From positions 1 to 52,921 of the forward strand of contig JAHLTZ010000072.1 in the NCBI GenBank assembly GCA_025786725.1: a DNA stretch of 52,921 nucleotides. Direction: 5' to 3'. This document shows positions 38,001 through 51,547 of this stretch, in pieces. Below the pieces are notes generated by a model. That model had not been told where the DNA came from, made no database searches, and saw nothing but the letters and a program-made list of their open reading frames with translations. The stretch's first letter is position 1, and every line of letters starts with the position of its first letter. Source of the DNA: Syncephalis fuscata S228. Lineage: Eukaryota; Fungi; Zoopagomycota. Made by a program: the position numbers and the translations under genes.

Positions 38001-41000
38001 CATGGAAATACCAGATCGTCTTAATGCTTCAGTAGCATTGGAAATTGTACTGTTAGTGCTATTATGTTCAGCCGAAACAGAGATTTGCAGTAATGCTGTA
38101 GCATGCTTTAATCATCTGGTTACTGAGGCTTATTATACCGAAGAAGCCGAAGATCCACAACATGCACAATTGACCATTGTGGAGAATCTTCGCGTCTACA
38201 TGGAATTGGCCTCTTCAGGCGGATTGGTAACTGGACGAGTTGCACAACAGAAACGAATTCGTAAAATGCTACGAATGATGGATCGACAAACACCTGGCAA
38301 TCAAGCGGCTTGGGAAGAAGCGTATAAGCGATGGCGTATGTTAATGCAAGCAGTAGCTCGTCCTATTGACGAACCAGTTATTGAAGAGCCTACACGTCGT
38401 AAGGGTATATTCCAAGATAAACTAGCAGTAGGCACTAGTGGTAATAGTACCAATATGGCCCGTTCCATCGTTGGTAATCAGCCTATGGGCGACTTTTTAG
38501 AAGTAAGCTATATAATTAGTAGTACTATAATGAGTATTAACTGCTTTATTTAGGATCGTGGCGAATGGCACAATTATACAGGATTTCTATGTGCACTTGG
38601 TGGCTGTTGTTTAAACGATACCAATATTACAAATTCAGCTTCATCACGACGATCTAATGATCCAAATCAAATGATTAGTCGCTTTATACACGAAATGGTA
38701 GAATTATTAGTATGTGAGAATGTTGTCGTACGTGAAGTGGTACAACAAACACTAGGTGCCGATCTGAGTCCGGCATTATATGGCATTCTATTTACACAAC
38801 TGGAACATGAAGTCGATCGATTTCTTACCACTGATAATGAAACATATTGCAGCGATAGGAACACGCTATTTGTAGAACAGGCCATCTCGGTTATTAAGCT
38901 CATTCTTGAACGTATGGAAACGACCAATCAAAGTTTATTAGCGGTTGATTTGGGCAAACTAATACTAAGCTTTGCTCAGTATCTTAACCGTATTAATATG
39001 AACGCTGTTGTATTGCGCATCAAGATTAAGATGTGTCAGCTTTGTGAAATACTAATGGCCAAAAGGACTTTTTATCCTTGCGTCAAGAATTAAATTCCGT
39101 AATCAAGTATTGGAGTTACTATTGAATGGACATCGGATTTCACTAGTAAACAGATAGTGGTCAACCATCAGTAGAGGATCAAGTGGCCTTCCATCGTACA
39201 GAGAAGCTACAGCGTGATCTCGATCAAGCTTGTATGAAGTCAATTGTCAGTTTATTGGCTCAATTACCACTGCAGCCATCTGATATGGAACATGAGGCTG
39301 ACGTAAGCCAGATCAAATCACGTCTATTTTACAAATACTTTTCTTCTTTCTTAAAGTGCTTAATCGATGCCGTGTACTTGAGGTCAGTATCTACATTAAT
39401 AGACCGTCAATCATTAACATTTGAATATTATTAGACGATTGATGCAGTGCACATACAACAAAAATAGCCACGATTTACAAGTATTACTACAACAGGTAAA
39501 ATGATGATTAATAGTGGTATTAGTATTAGTATTAATTATTAACAACTATATAGTCACGAGAAGCGGTTAGAGATCTGGCTCCATTGAAGATTACACTATT
39601 TAGCATATCAAATCTATTAAGCGCCAATATTGAATCAGGCTTAAAATATTCATTATCTATGGGTTATCATGATGATCCAAAGACACGTACCGCCTTTATG
39701 CAAGTATAACAAATATTTATATCAAGGTGCAGAATTTGAAGGATTAGCCGAAATGTTAAGAATGATCGTTATGATAAATTGTCGAGGTAAGTATTTATTA
39801 TATATAAATAATTGATAATTGATTTTCATTTATTATTTATTTCTAGTTACTTACCGACTCGGAATTATGTATTGCCTTATCGTTGTGTGAAGTCTGTCCA
39901 GTAGCCGATATTGAAACAGTTGGTCAGCTACTATTAACTGCAGTTGAAACACGTGGTGAAACCATTCGATATTACAATATGTCATTGAACGTGATTGGCA
40001 CGTACAGGTAATTAATATACAAAAAAAAACATTTTAATAGATACAAATTATTAATCGATATTATTATTATTATTGTTATTGTTGTATATGAAACGGCCGC
40101 TGAAGTATTTAGACGTAATTGTATGGCTACTAAATTGATGCATTTATGCACGTATGTATGGATCAGAGTATTACGAGTTACACTTCAGCCACTTATCAAG
40201 AACTCGTTGACAATTCGCAACGATGGACACTTGAACTTGATCCATCAAAACTACCACCTGGTACAGACACTAAACTAATTTGGTCAATTTACGTGAAATG
40301 TCTCAACGATTCTTGGATGTCATTGTGACATCCACGGATAAAATGCCTCGTCAATTACGAGAGATTTGTCACTTTTAAGTTCAGTTGTGAATGAACGATC
40401 CCCAAGGCGAAATGACAGCTGTGGGTGGCTTATCTTTTTACGTTTCTTTGTCCACGATCGTTCACCTGAAACACACAATCTCGCTCAGCCTGTACGCAAT
40501 AAGGAAGTGCGTCGTGGCCTATTGCTTATTACCAAGGTTATTCAGAATCTGGCTAATCAAGTATATTCGGTACTAAAGAGACGTTTATGACTTCATTAAA
40601 CGACTTTTGGACAAGAATAGGGCGTGGTCAAAAAGTTTTAAAAGATATTTCCGAGCCAGTCAATTCAATGATAGCTCTCCTGCCGTCATTGAATTAGGAC
40701 GTGTAAATACGGCTACCAGTGCTCTTTCACCCACTAGTGCTACTTCATCGTCATCGACCAGTCGTCTTAGTGAAGCAGATTTAATTCAACTTCATAAGGC
40801 CCTATATGACAATCAAGAGCGAATTAGTCGTGAAGTGGCAGCACGCCGATCTGGCCCACGATCATTAATGGTACGGGCTGACGGTAGCACCATCGACCAG
40901 GAAACTTATCAAACGGCGGCCAAACAAGCCTATGAAAAGCTATCCACAGTATTGGCCCAATTAGGACCACCGCCCGATGTTCCTCAATTGGAACCGGTAA

Positions 41001-44000
41001 TGCCTAGTGGAACGCGCTATGGTGCAGCCAATGAACTGTTCCGTGAATTCATGCAACGTAATGCACATCGTAATGTGGATAGTATTCGCTCTAAGCGTAT
41101 ATTCTATGAAGGCGGTGTATCAAAGGTGATTTAACTGATTAATAGATAAATTACCATGATCTAATAATGATGATTTATATAGGATAAAAATCCGGTATTC
41201 TATTTCATTGCACGTCGATTGATTATTGAAATGACAGATATGGAATTGTTTATTTACTTTGTTTTACATGTAAGTGAATAGACATTAATTAGCTAATTAA
41301 TTAATCATTAATTATTAATTAACTTTTATTTAGTCATTGGAACCAAAATTGGGCAAGCCATTTGAAATAGTAATTGATCTTACACATTTTGGACAGCAGA
41401 ATGAAGTACAAGAACAGTGGATTACTCAGTTTTTACAAGTTCTTCCATTTAACGCAGAACAGAATTTATCATCTGTCTATTTGTACAACGTATGTACCAA
41501 GTTTAAAAAGTTCTCTAAACGTCTACCTCGCTCTGTGAGTAGTCGACTATCCAAGAAGGGCGTGTTTATATCCACTATGAATGAACTGTATGAACATATT
41601 ATTTCTTCAGAAGTTCGTCTTCCAAAGGCTACAGGTAATTATTATCTATTGGCACTTATAATTGACTAATTATTAATATAAAATATAAAATATTTAGTTT
41701 CATTGGATGTGGAACCGGCTAAAGTATTTTCACCTGTAACGAAGATTGCACATTACAAATTGCCAATGCCAACGGTAATGAAGATTACACAGGATCATGT
41801 TCAAGTGACATCGGTAAGTTTAACGGCTCATTTATTGCTAAAAATACTAATTGATTGAATGATTAATTAGTTACGTAAACAAGAAATTCTTGGCGTTAGT
41901 GCCATTTTCAATGATGTCTATCGTATTTCTGATATTGACGATGTTCTATTAATGGTACATCGAAGTGATGATAGTGCTGTCGTTATTAAATATGATCGTG
42001 GTAATGCATCACTTACATTCTGTAGTTCTAAAGCAGAAGCCATATTTCAAGTAAGTATAGTAGTCTATTGTTGGTGTATATATATATATATATATAGCAT
42101 CACTAATATATATACAATGATTGATATGTAATTAGAGTATTCGAAGTGCACGTCAACGACAGGAACTTATTAAACCAACAAATATTCTGAACGTGTTATT
42201 CGTCCCAGTGATGTTCCAGGAACGCTACTTAACATGGCACTGCTTAATTTGGGCAGTGGCGATGCCAATCTAAGATCTGCTTCATACAATTTACTATACT
42301 CGCTATGTGTCACCTTTAATTTCAGCACAGAAAGCCAGCTATTAAGCGTTAAAGGTAATAATAATAATAATAATACGATTAACCATCATTATATTGCATA
42401 CTAAGCGTCATATAGGCATGTGCATTCCTGCCAATAGCGGATCGTTTGTCAAAGCAATTAGTGAAAAGCTAGCTAGTACAGAACCACATTTAACATTGGA
42501 ATTCCTAAGTGAATGCTTTGTCGGTCTTAACAAGTCTAGTAAGCCATTAAAGAGCTTCTGTCTAGAGTACATGACCCCATGGCTGGCTAATCTTGATCGC
42601 TTTATTCACGTCGGTAATGATGACAGTCAGCGTGGTCTTACCAAAGTAAACGAGCTATTGCACCAACTGATTGACCTGACAGTCAAAGAAACGGAAATGT
42701 ATCCAGTCGTAAAAACATATGTGTGGACACCATTAGGCCGTATGGATGATATGATTCCATTAATATTAGACGCATTTGTACCATATGCAGTTGAACGTGG
42801 TTTTAGTTCACAACAAGCTGAAGTAATGGCTAATACTACAGTCACACTTTCTTCATATAGTGTACGCGGTAAATTAATTGCTCGTTTACGCAAGGTAATC
42901 TATTATAATACGGTATTTAATAGTTATTAATGCTTATATACATATACATATACATATATATATATATATATATAGGTTATTGCCAATACATCATTGAAAC
43001 CAAAGCGTTCTCTGACTGAGCATGAATCGTGGAACGAGATTGCCGTACTTATTCGCTTTCTGTTAATGATGTCATTTGATAACCGATTGCATGTACTGCA
43101 ATATCTACCAGAATTATTCCATATTGTTTCGTTAGTTGCAGCCACTGGACCAGGCATGATTCGGGCCTCTGTACACGGAATTATTATTAATATCGTTCAA
43201 TCGCTATGTACGTCATTACAGCTGGATAGTGATAATTTACGTACGGTAAAGTTCTTATTAAGTGAGCTATCTGAACCAAAATCACTATTGCTATTTGGTC
43301 TAAATCGTACAAGTGGCAATGCTTTCATGCGTAGTATGGAGGCTACTACCGATACTCGGGAAGCCATGCCACTTACATCTCTTGAAACGATTGTCCGTAT
43401 GTTTGTTGGATGTTATGATATCAGGTGCTCCAAATACAGGTAAGCTATTGACTAGAATATACTAGAAAAAAGCATAATTAATTATGTTATCTATTTTATT
43501 TACTTTAGAATATGCCAATGCTTGGAGAGCACGTTGGATGAGTCTTGTAGCCAGTACAGCCTTCCAATTTAATCCAGCTATTCAGCCACGTGCCTTTGTG
43601 GTACTCGGTTGTCTAGCCCATGCTGCAGTCGATGACGATCTACTCTATCAGATTCTAGTGGCCCTTAAAGGTGCTTTATCGCTATTTGAGGAAGGCGACT
43701 GCAATTTAATTGTTAGCATTGTTATGTGTCTAACCAGCATTGCTGAGAACTTGGATGGCAGTTCAAAATACTTACAGCAACTGTTCTGGCTGGCCATTGC
43801 TCTTATTCAAATTGGCCATGTACCATTATTCCCAAGTGCATTGAATCTGATGGAAGTTGTATTACAAACACTTGAAGATAATGGATTCTTCCATGAAGAA
43901 TTACCGGCTGACTTTCTACTCCGTGCCCGTGAATCGCTATTTGAAGACATTGGCTACGAGAATAGCAATGATGACAACACATTGTCGAGCGGTGTGGAGA

Positions 44001-44712
44001 AGCGGCCACATGTCAACGATATGTTTACCACCAACTTTCCATTTGCCGTGGCCACCACCGTGCTTAAGGGTCTAAAACACTCGCAAACCATTACGGCCAC
44101 CACGGATGCACTTACTACCTTTTTGGAGATTAGCGCACAAGAACCGAGTAAAACGGTGGATCCCAATTTACTTGGTTATTTAGCACCATTATTACCAGGT
44201 GCAGCACGTAATTCGGCCCTTAAAGATCTATTTTGGATTAGTGCGGTGGAAAGCGACTTTGAGAACACGGAAGGTGAACAAACTTATCATTGTCTCTTTG
44301 ACAAGCTAGCCATTCCTGATCAAACGACAGCGATGCTACTGGTGGCCCTTATGATCACTATGCTTAATAGTGCCGAGTATGAAGCGGAACAACTATTCCT
44401 TTATGGCTTTTTGGCTGAAGCAGCCACTGCAATGCCTCAAGTATTTGCCATGTTCTACGATAGTCTACTACCCAAGATGAATCAAATGCTGTGCAATAGT
44501 CAAGTAGTACCGATTATCGAGTCGATTCAATCGATTCTATTTACCATGGTATCATCGCCCTACTTGAAAGGACAACGAGCACAACGAGCACCCCCGATGA
44601 ACTTGGCTTTGGTGGTCTGGCCGAGAGTGGTTCATTCCAACACGTAACGCGTGCTCAAAAGAAAACGGCAGCCGATTTGGCCAGTCGTACCGTTGAACGT
44701 ATGGTAACCTAA
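35042..44712 (+). CDS. NF1: Neurofibromin / Ira1-Ira2-like Ras GTPase-activating protein (RasGAP, Sec14-PH, HEAT); several apparent frameshifts in this assembly
   Basis: VSASNWPVVFAR, IWNWIEVYP, FWPLQAMLLVLCP, TGRVAQQKRIRKMLR, arginine finger VFRRNCMATK, FLRFF, RRGLLLITKVIQNLAN, RPSDVPGTLLNMALLNLGS, EPHLTLEFL, NPAIQPRAFVVLGCL. The C-terminus ELGFGGL...MVT* ends at 44712 in a shifted frame. Confidence 0.95.
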
Positions 44713-44942
44713 AATATTATTTTTACTTTCTACTTGGCTTCACCTATTTTGCCATTACTACTACTATTACTACTACATAGTTATAAGTAGAGTGGCAACA
44801 CTTAATAAGATGTGTGTGTGTGTGTGATTCAATACTATTCTTAAATATCGCACCAAATTTCAATTTGTTTATGTTTTATTCACTATCTTTGTTTTGAAAT
44901 AACAATGAATATAATTTCTATAACTATATGTATCAATTATCA

Positions 44943-47900
44943 TTATACTATTGTTGCTTGTCCGTATAGACTAGCGTATGTGCTATTCTCTCGTGCCATT
45001 AATTCTTTATGTGTTCCTATATTAGTTGGTAGTGTCAGTTGGTAGTTGTCAATACAACTATACAGTTGTTGCTATAGTCATGCCAGTTACCTTGTTCTAG
45101 AATATTACCGGGTACATTACCCATAACAATAATTTGATCTATATACATTAAATAGTTACATGTTATTAATGATTAGACTATTGGTCAATAGCATGTTAAT
45201 TACCGGCATGCTCAATGGTTGATATCGATGTGCAATGACCAATACCGTTCTTCCTCTCATTACTTGAGTTAACGCAGCCTGAACAGCTTGTTCAGATTGT
45301 GCTATTATTGTTTAACCGTTAATATGGCCAATTAGTGAATTATATTACACTTACCGTCTAAATAGAGTGTAGTATAAAATACAAATAATTGTATAAATAA
45401 TAATGCTGTGCAATTTCAATTTACTTACCAAGAGCACTTGTTGCTTCATCCAAAATAAGAATCTATAGTAAAATAAATAGTGTTAACAATGCTATTACTA
45501 TGATTATAATTATTATTATTTACCTTTGGATCTTTAAGTAAAGCACGAGCAATAGCAATTCGCTGTTTCTGACCTGATAGATTAATGTTAATATAAATAA
45601 TAATATTATTATTATTATTGACTTACCACCAGATAAAGTAACACCTCGTTCACCAATTTGTGTCGCATAACATATGGGAAACGATTAATAAAACCATCCG
45701 CATGTGCTCGATATGCTGCCTCTTCTACTTCAGCATCAGTTGCATCAGGTCGGCCATATCGAATATTATCGGCAATACTACCGGCAGTGGGTTCCTGATG
45801 GATATAACCAATACTGCTACGCAACATAGCAGGATCCAACTCTTGGATATTACGTCCATCAAGCATTACCTCGCCATTGTCGGGATCATAAAATCGTTCT
45901 AATAGTGCGGCTACCGTCGATTTACCACCACCAGATAGACCGCATAGAGCAACTGTTTGACCAGCTGGTACATGTAGATTAAATCCAGTCAGTACTGAAT
46001 GCTGTGCCCGTGTAGGATAAGTGAAGTGAAATTATTAAAATGAATATCGCCTAAATAGTATGTTAATGGCTATCATAATAGTATTAGTATATCGTATTCA
46101 TTACCTTGCACGACACCAAGTTGTTCACACCACGAATAGGAATGGTTGAACGTAGACTTAGACACTCGAAACAACGTGATGCTGCACCGGTAGCCTTGAT
46201 AGATTGACCGGCTAGTGCACCAAGCGATACTAGAAGACACACATTAATTAATTAAATAGATTTGGGTACAAAAGTAATAAATTTACCTAATGATTTCTGT
46301 GTACTTTGTACCGATAACAAATAGCTATCGTCATTTATAAATAATGGTTGGATAATATGCTTAATTATGCAATAGAAGTAACTCACGTCATAAGATCACA
46401 CCGGTCATGTCACCGCGTACCACGAGTGAGCCACCGTAATAAAGTACCATAAGTACCATGGATCCGATGGATATGTTGGTTAAACCTTTAAATACACGGT
46501 TACAATTGTACAGTAAGTGAAGTAAAATGATTTACCTTGGAATAGACCAATATGAAAGGCCAATTTGGTATTAGCACTAGATGCTCGATCACCCACGCGT
46601 GCAAATCGATCCAGTTCAAATGGTTCAGCTGCAAATGAACGTACAGTGCGTACATTGCCAACCACCTATTCTATAGCGTGAGTATTTACACATAATAGTC
46701 CAATAATATAGCCTACTTCACCGACAACAGCCGATGCTTCAGTTTCTGCTAGACGAGTTCGTGTCGATAATCTGCGTAGATAGGCACCATAAGCGTTTAA
46801 CAGTAAATAGATGGCCGGTAGAGAACCCGCCAGTGTAAGGGTTAATGTTGCATTTAAATGAAATAGATGGCAATACCCCACAGAAGTAGTAATAGATTTC
46901 AGTCCCTAAATTATAGTAAATTAGTTATAATCTTTATCATTCTTATCATCATCAATTACATACTTGTGTGACACATTGTTTAAATGAGTGCTAATAGACA
47001 CAATTACAGTGTTAGTTTGTATATTAATAAATTATAATTACACAATCTTACTTTAACTCGGCCACATCTTGCATTACACGTGCTGCTACTTCACCGGCTC
47101 GTTGTGCGTCAAACCATACCATATCCTGGGCCAGTACACTGGCGTATGCCTGATTTCTAAGACGCCAGGCCACACGTTCACCAGTAGACCTACCAAAGAT
47201 ATGTGTAGCCAGGTACATAGTCCTTGAAGTGCAAATAGTCGTAATAGTTTAAAAGCTGGCACTTTGAGTGCCCGCAGTCCTATAGCGGCCAATGTACCGG
47301 CACCGCCCTCAACGGCACCGCTGGTTGTTGTCAAATGACCAGCAATCACGTTAACAGCTCTCCCGTAACTCCGGGGGCCATGAGACCGACGACGGCCGCC
47401 GCAAGTGCGCTTAGTGCTACAGCTAGCAGTAATGGTGCATCCGGATAAAGCAGCGCGAGTAACTGACGCCAGAATCCATGTTCGGTGCCAATATTAGCCA
47501 GAGAAGCAGCCGTGACATCATCCTCATAATTAAGACCTTTTAATTTGCCGCTTCCTACTAAACGGTGCAAGTATCGCGATGGTATCGGTGTGGTAGCAAT
47601 TGTGACCGGTGAAGGAGTAAAAACCATTGGCGGTCAAAGCTTCACAGCGTACCTGCTGCACAGCACCAACGCCTAACCAGGTGAAGCCAACAACAGCCGG
47701 GAATTTGCAAACATGCCAGTAACTATTAAATAATTCTATATCTAACTAAGCTACGTTATACACTGTTAGTTACTCGACTTACCTTGAGCATTTAATTGAT
47801 TATGGTAATGACCATTCATACTAATAAGTGAAAAAATAGCACGTTGTTTATAGTAGAAGATGGCTAGTTAGTTAGAAACAAAGTCGCGTATCTATTCATT

Positions 47901-48059
47901 GGCCTACCGTTGTCGACTACTGCTGAATGCACGACTGGCTAAACCATACTGTTTGGGCTGAGCTGTAATTCTCTGCTTTTGCTGTTGTAGCAAGAAGCGT
48001 GTGCCAGATAGAAAGCTTGTTGAGCTCCTTGGTGAGCAGAGTCGTGACACGAAACTCAT
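44943..48059 (-). CDS. Mitochondrial ABCB-family half-transporter, ABCB8-like (many exons, apparent indels)
   Basis: Arg/Ser-rich transit-like start MSFVSRLCSPRSSTSFLSGTRF. HSFKQCVTQGLKS is ABCB8-like. Also VGNVRTVRSFA, Walker A GLSGGGKST, signature LSG/GQKQRIAIARALLKDPK, Walker B ILILDEATSALD, IAHR and GTHKELM. Confidence 0.85.
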
Positions 48060-48907
48060 GACGCAAGGAAAGAGTTAGAAAATGGAAATTAATCCATATT
48101 AGTAAAGTGGTTTATTATCGCTATTATTATATTTAGTGAGCTATTCAGCGAATAGCTAGTGAAGTCACCTATTTTATTATATATATATAGAACAGATAGC
48201 CATTTATTTAAAAAAACTTTATTCTAATCATGCATTCATTATTTAAATAGGCATTTTTTATATTTAGTTGATATTGGATGGTTTATATAAAGTGTTGTTA
48301 AATACACTGCTTTCATTTATAACTTACTATTTAATTGTTTAATATCTAGTCTCCAGCTTTATGTTTTATTTATAAGCAATTTCTTATTGTATTGCAAATT
48401 GTTGTAATCAACATATTCCATCAATAATAGCTTTGGTTTTTAGTATTATAACTAATACAAGTATTAACATTAATATATTTTTGATGCCAATGATCAATAT
48501 TGGTGCATTTTAAACATCAAATATCGCATTAGTGCATCTTTTACAACGATAAATATCAATAGTAACACATGTTTTAATAATGGCAATCATAATAATTGTA
48601 AATCTCACTAATAACTTATAATTAGCGCTATTTAACGACAGTAGTAATAACATTATTAAAATAATATGCACTAGATTCTCACTGTATTGAATCAGCCAGA
48701 ATCTTTCATATCGTACACTGCAAGTTGCTATTACAGCTGAATTCCTAGTAATTAAATAAAATATATTTATTAATACACAACAGTAATCTATACTTCATTC
48801 TATTATTTAAATTAATATATGGCATTAATAAAATATTATATACTAGCTCAAATATTTACTCATTATAATCTTAGTGTTTTTATTAGCATTAAAAATGTTA
48901 TCAAATT

Positions 48908-51547
48908 TTACCATAAAGCAGAGACAATCTTCTTGTTGTTGGCACGCTTGAAGGTGACGGTTGGCGAGCGCCAGATGTCGTAGTCAGCGTCATGATGAGC
49001 TTTACCATATGGGCGAAGTGCCATCAACTCAACGTAGTATTTGCCATCTGGAAGATCTGATGTACGTTGGCGAGCATCCAACGTAACTAAAGTTCCAGGC
49101 CATTGAATAACACTGACGGCATTTCCGGGGCTGTTGTCATTACGGCCAACCCATTCTGTGAGAGAGCCAGGAATTAAACCAAGTAGCTTGCGCGTGGTGG
49201 CGTTGTAGACACGAGCCTGTACCTTGCGAGTCGGGTATTCAATACGGTATACCAATTCAGGGAAGTCGTTATCGGCAATTTGGTAAGTAGCGGTTTGATC
49301 TGGAGTGGAGATAGTTTCGTTGGTGCGCAAGTTTTGGAATACAGGCAATTTGCCGCTGTTTCATGACGTGTAAATCTTTAAGATTGCCCTTCATACCCAG
49401 ATAAGGAACGTGAACGGCATCGTTTGTAATGTTGGCGGTGGCGCTTGTTGCAGTATTAATGACGATATATCCAGAGTAGACCCAGTGTTCAGCGGCTGGC
49501 AAGTTTTTGGGCTCAGAGATGCGTACAGTAATCTTTTCAGTTTCACCAGCGGCAATGCGAATACGAGTGGTGGAGAAGCTGACTGAAGCTGCCTCATCAT
49601 TGAGTTGTGGCTCAGGCAATGCTACACCTGTTACATCAAGGCCATTAACAGAAGCAGCAGGACGGTGAGTAATGTAGTAGTCGCGTGCACGCTTAGCGTT
49701 GTTAGTGATTCTAAGTACTTGTTGGCTTGCTGGAGCATGCTCTGTATCGTTAAGAGCAATGCGAGACGGGCTAACGAGTGTTGTGCCGTAGATAGCACGT
49801 TCGACATTAAGCAAGCCGGCGCCCTGACGTGCTACAGGACTTGTGCGCTGGTCGGCCTTGACTTCAGTGGTGGGACGTGCCGTATTCTGGAAAAGCTGGT
49901 GGATGCGTCCCAAATTCAAATTACGCTTCTTGGTGGCCTCGAGGTAAAGAGCAATTGAGCCAGCCATGTAAGGTGTGGCCATGGAGGTGCCACTGAGTGT
50001 AGCATACTTACCCATGTCAAGCGGGTAAGTAGAGTAGATCATGCCGCCAGGTGCGCCAATGTCTGGCTTCATTTCTACACGAGGGCCCGGACCCCACGAG
50101 GAGAAGGATGAGAGACGGCCAGCAGTAGGATTTTCAAAGCCAAGCTGTTCTGAGCTAAAGACAATTTGAGCCTGAGCATCATTTTGGACACCGGCGACCA
50201 AAGCTTCACCATCAGCTTGGGCAACACCGACGACAGGAATGGTGACAGCGGGGTCTTCAACACCTGGTGTAATACTGCCAAACACATTGTTGTATACAAT
50301 AACACCAATGGCACCAGCTTGTTGGGCATTTTTGGCTTTGTCGACAAACGAGCATGTGCCACGTTTGATCAAGACTACCTTGTTTTTTAGATCAACGGTT
50401 GTTGGCTTGCAGGCATCCTTGTTGTCGCCTGCATCGTAAACACTGACTGCGGCAGTCTTCATGTTAACCGCACCCTCTTTAGAGCTTGCGTATGGAAAGT
50501 GCTTGGTGGGGGCTGATGCCAATGATAAAGTATAGGCACGGTACTTGATATTGTCCAATGAAGCAACTGAAAAGGCACTGGGCGCAATCGCAGGCGAAGA
50601 TGCCTCCCAAAGACCTTTGGTAGCAGAGTTACCCATGGCGGCAACGACAATTAGACCCTTGCGGGAAAGGCGTTCAGCCACGACAGCATCGGGACTCTGG
50701 CCCCAGGAGCTATCACCACCCAAAGACAAATTGACAATATCCATCTTTTCTTTAAAGGCACGCTCTAACGCGGCAATAATCACGTCATTTTCGGCGGATC
50801 CTTTGCAGCCAAAGACGCGATAGGCACCAAATGTAACTTTGGGTGCAACACCTACAAATGTTGCATCGTCAGCACCAATGATACCGGCAACGTGTGTACC
50901 GTGTCCGGCACAAGTATCGCGGGGATCGGCATCAGGCACGGGTAGGGTCTTTCCACCAGTGTAGGCATCACCGACAAAATCCCAGCCAGTGGCTACACGG
51001 CACTTTGGGCCAAAGCAACCACCCAAGCCTGGGTGCATGTAGTCGATACCAGTGTCGATAACACCGACTCTTAAGCCAGCACCACCAAGGTTATTTTTGG
51101 TGTGCAAAATGTCGACACCAGTCATGGTGTGCGTGTATGGTAACCCCTTATCTTCAACAAAGTTGGATACTTCAAAATGAGGAACAAATACTTTGCGGAT
51201 GGGCCAGACGCGCTTGACACCGGTCATGTTTGCAACCAAATCAATATTGGTGGTGTCCAGCTCCAAGCTAAGTGCGTTCATGGAAGTGCTGAAACTAAAG
51301 CGTTCGTCAAATCCAATATTACGGTTGCGTAGTTCTTGACGAAATTGTTTTGTTGAGGTGCCACGGCAGCGGTATCCGGCTCTTCGCTGAGCTCAACCAT
51401 ATAGGCATTTTTGACAATGTTGGTAGCCGGATGATTAGAAGGTGGTGCAAGAAACCGGCTTTGGTTAGCGGAACGTTGCTGCTGGGCGAGACCGTTGCTT
51501 GCGGCCAGCATCAATAATAAGGTTGTAATAAGCGTCGACTTCATCAT
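48908..51547 (-). CDS. Secreted S8 subtilisin-like serine protease (Vpr/C5a-peptidase-like: prodomain, catalytic domain with PA insert, Fn3-like C-terminus); two apparent frameshifts
   Basis: Signal peptide MMKSTLITTLLLMLAASNGLA. Catalytic triad motifs VIDTGIDY, GHGTHVAG and SGTSMATP. PA domain LKNKVVLIKRGTCSFVDKAKNAQQAGA. The three ORFs join through frame changes near 51340 and 49355. Confidence 0.92.

Noticed and set aside
37371-38003. 210-aa minus-strand ORF, and similar antisense ORFs at 12232, 16776, 18553 and 49605-50823
   Set aside because: These are antisense or alternate-frame shadows of well-supported genes.
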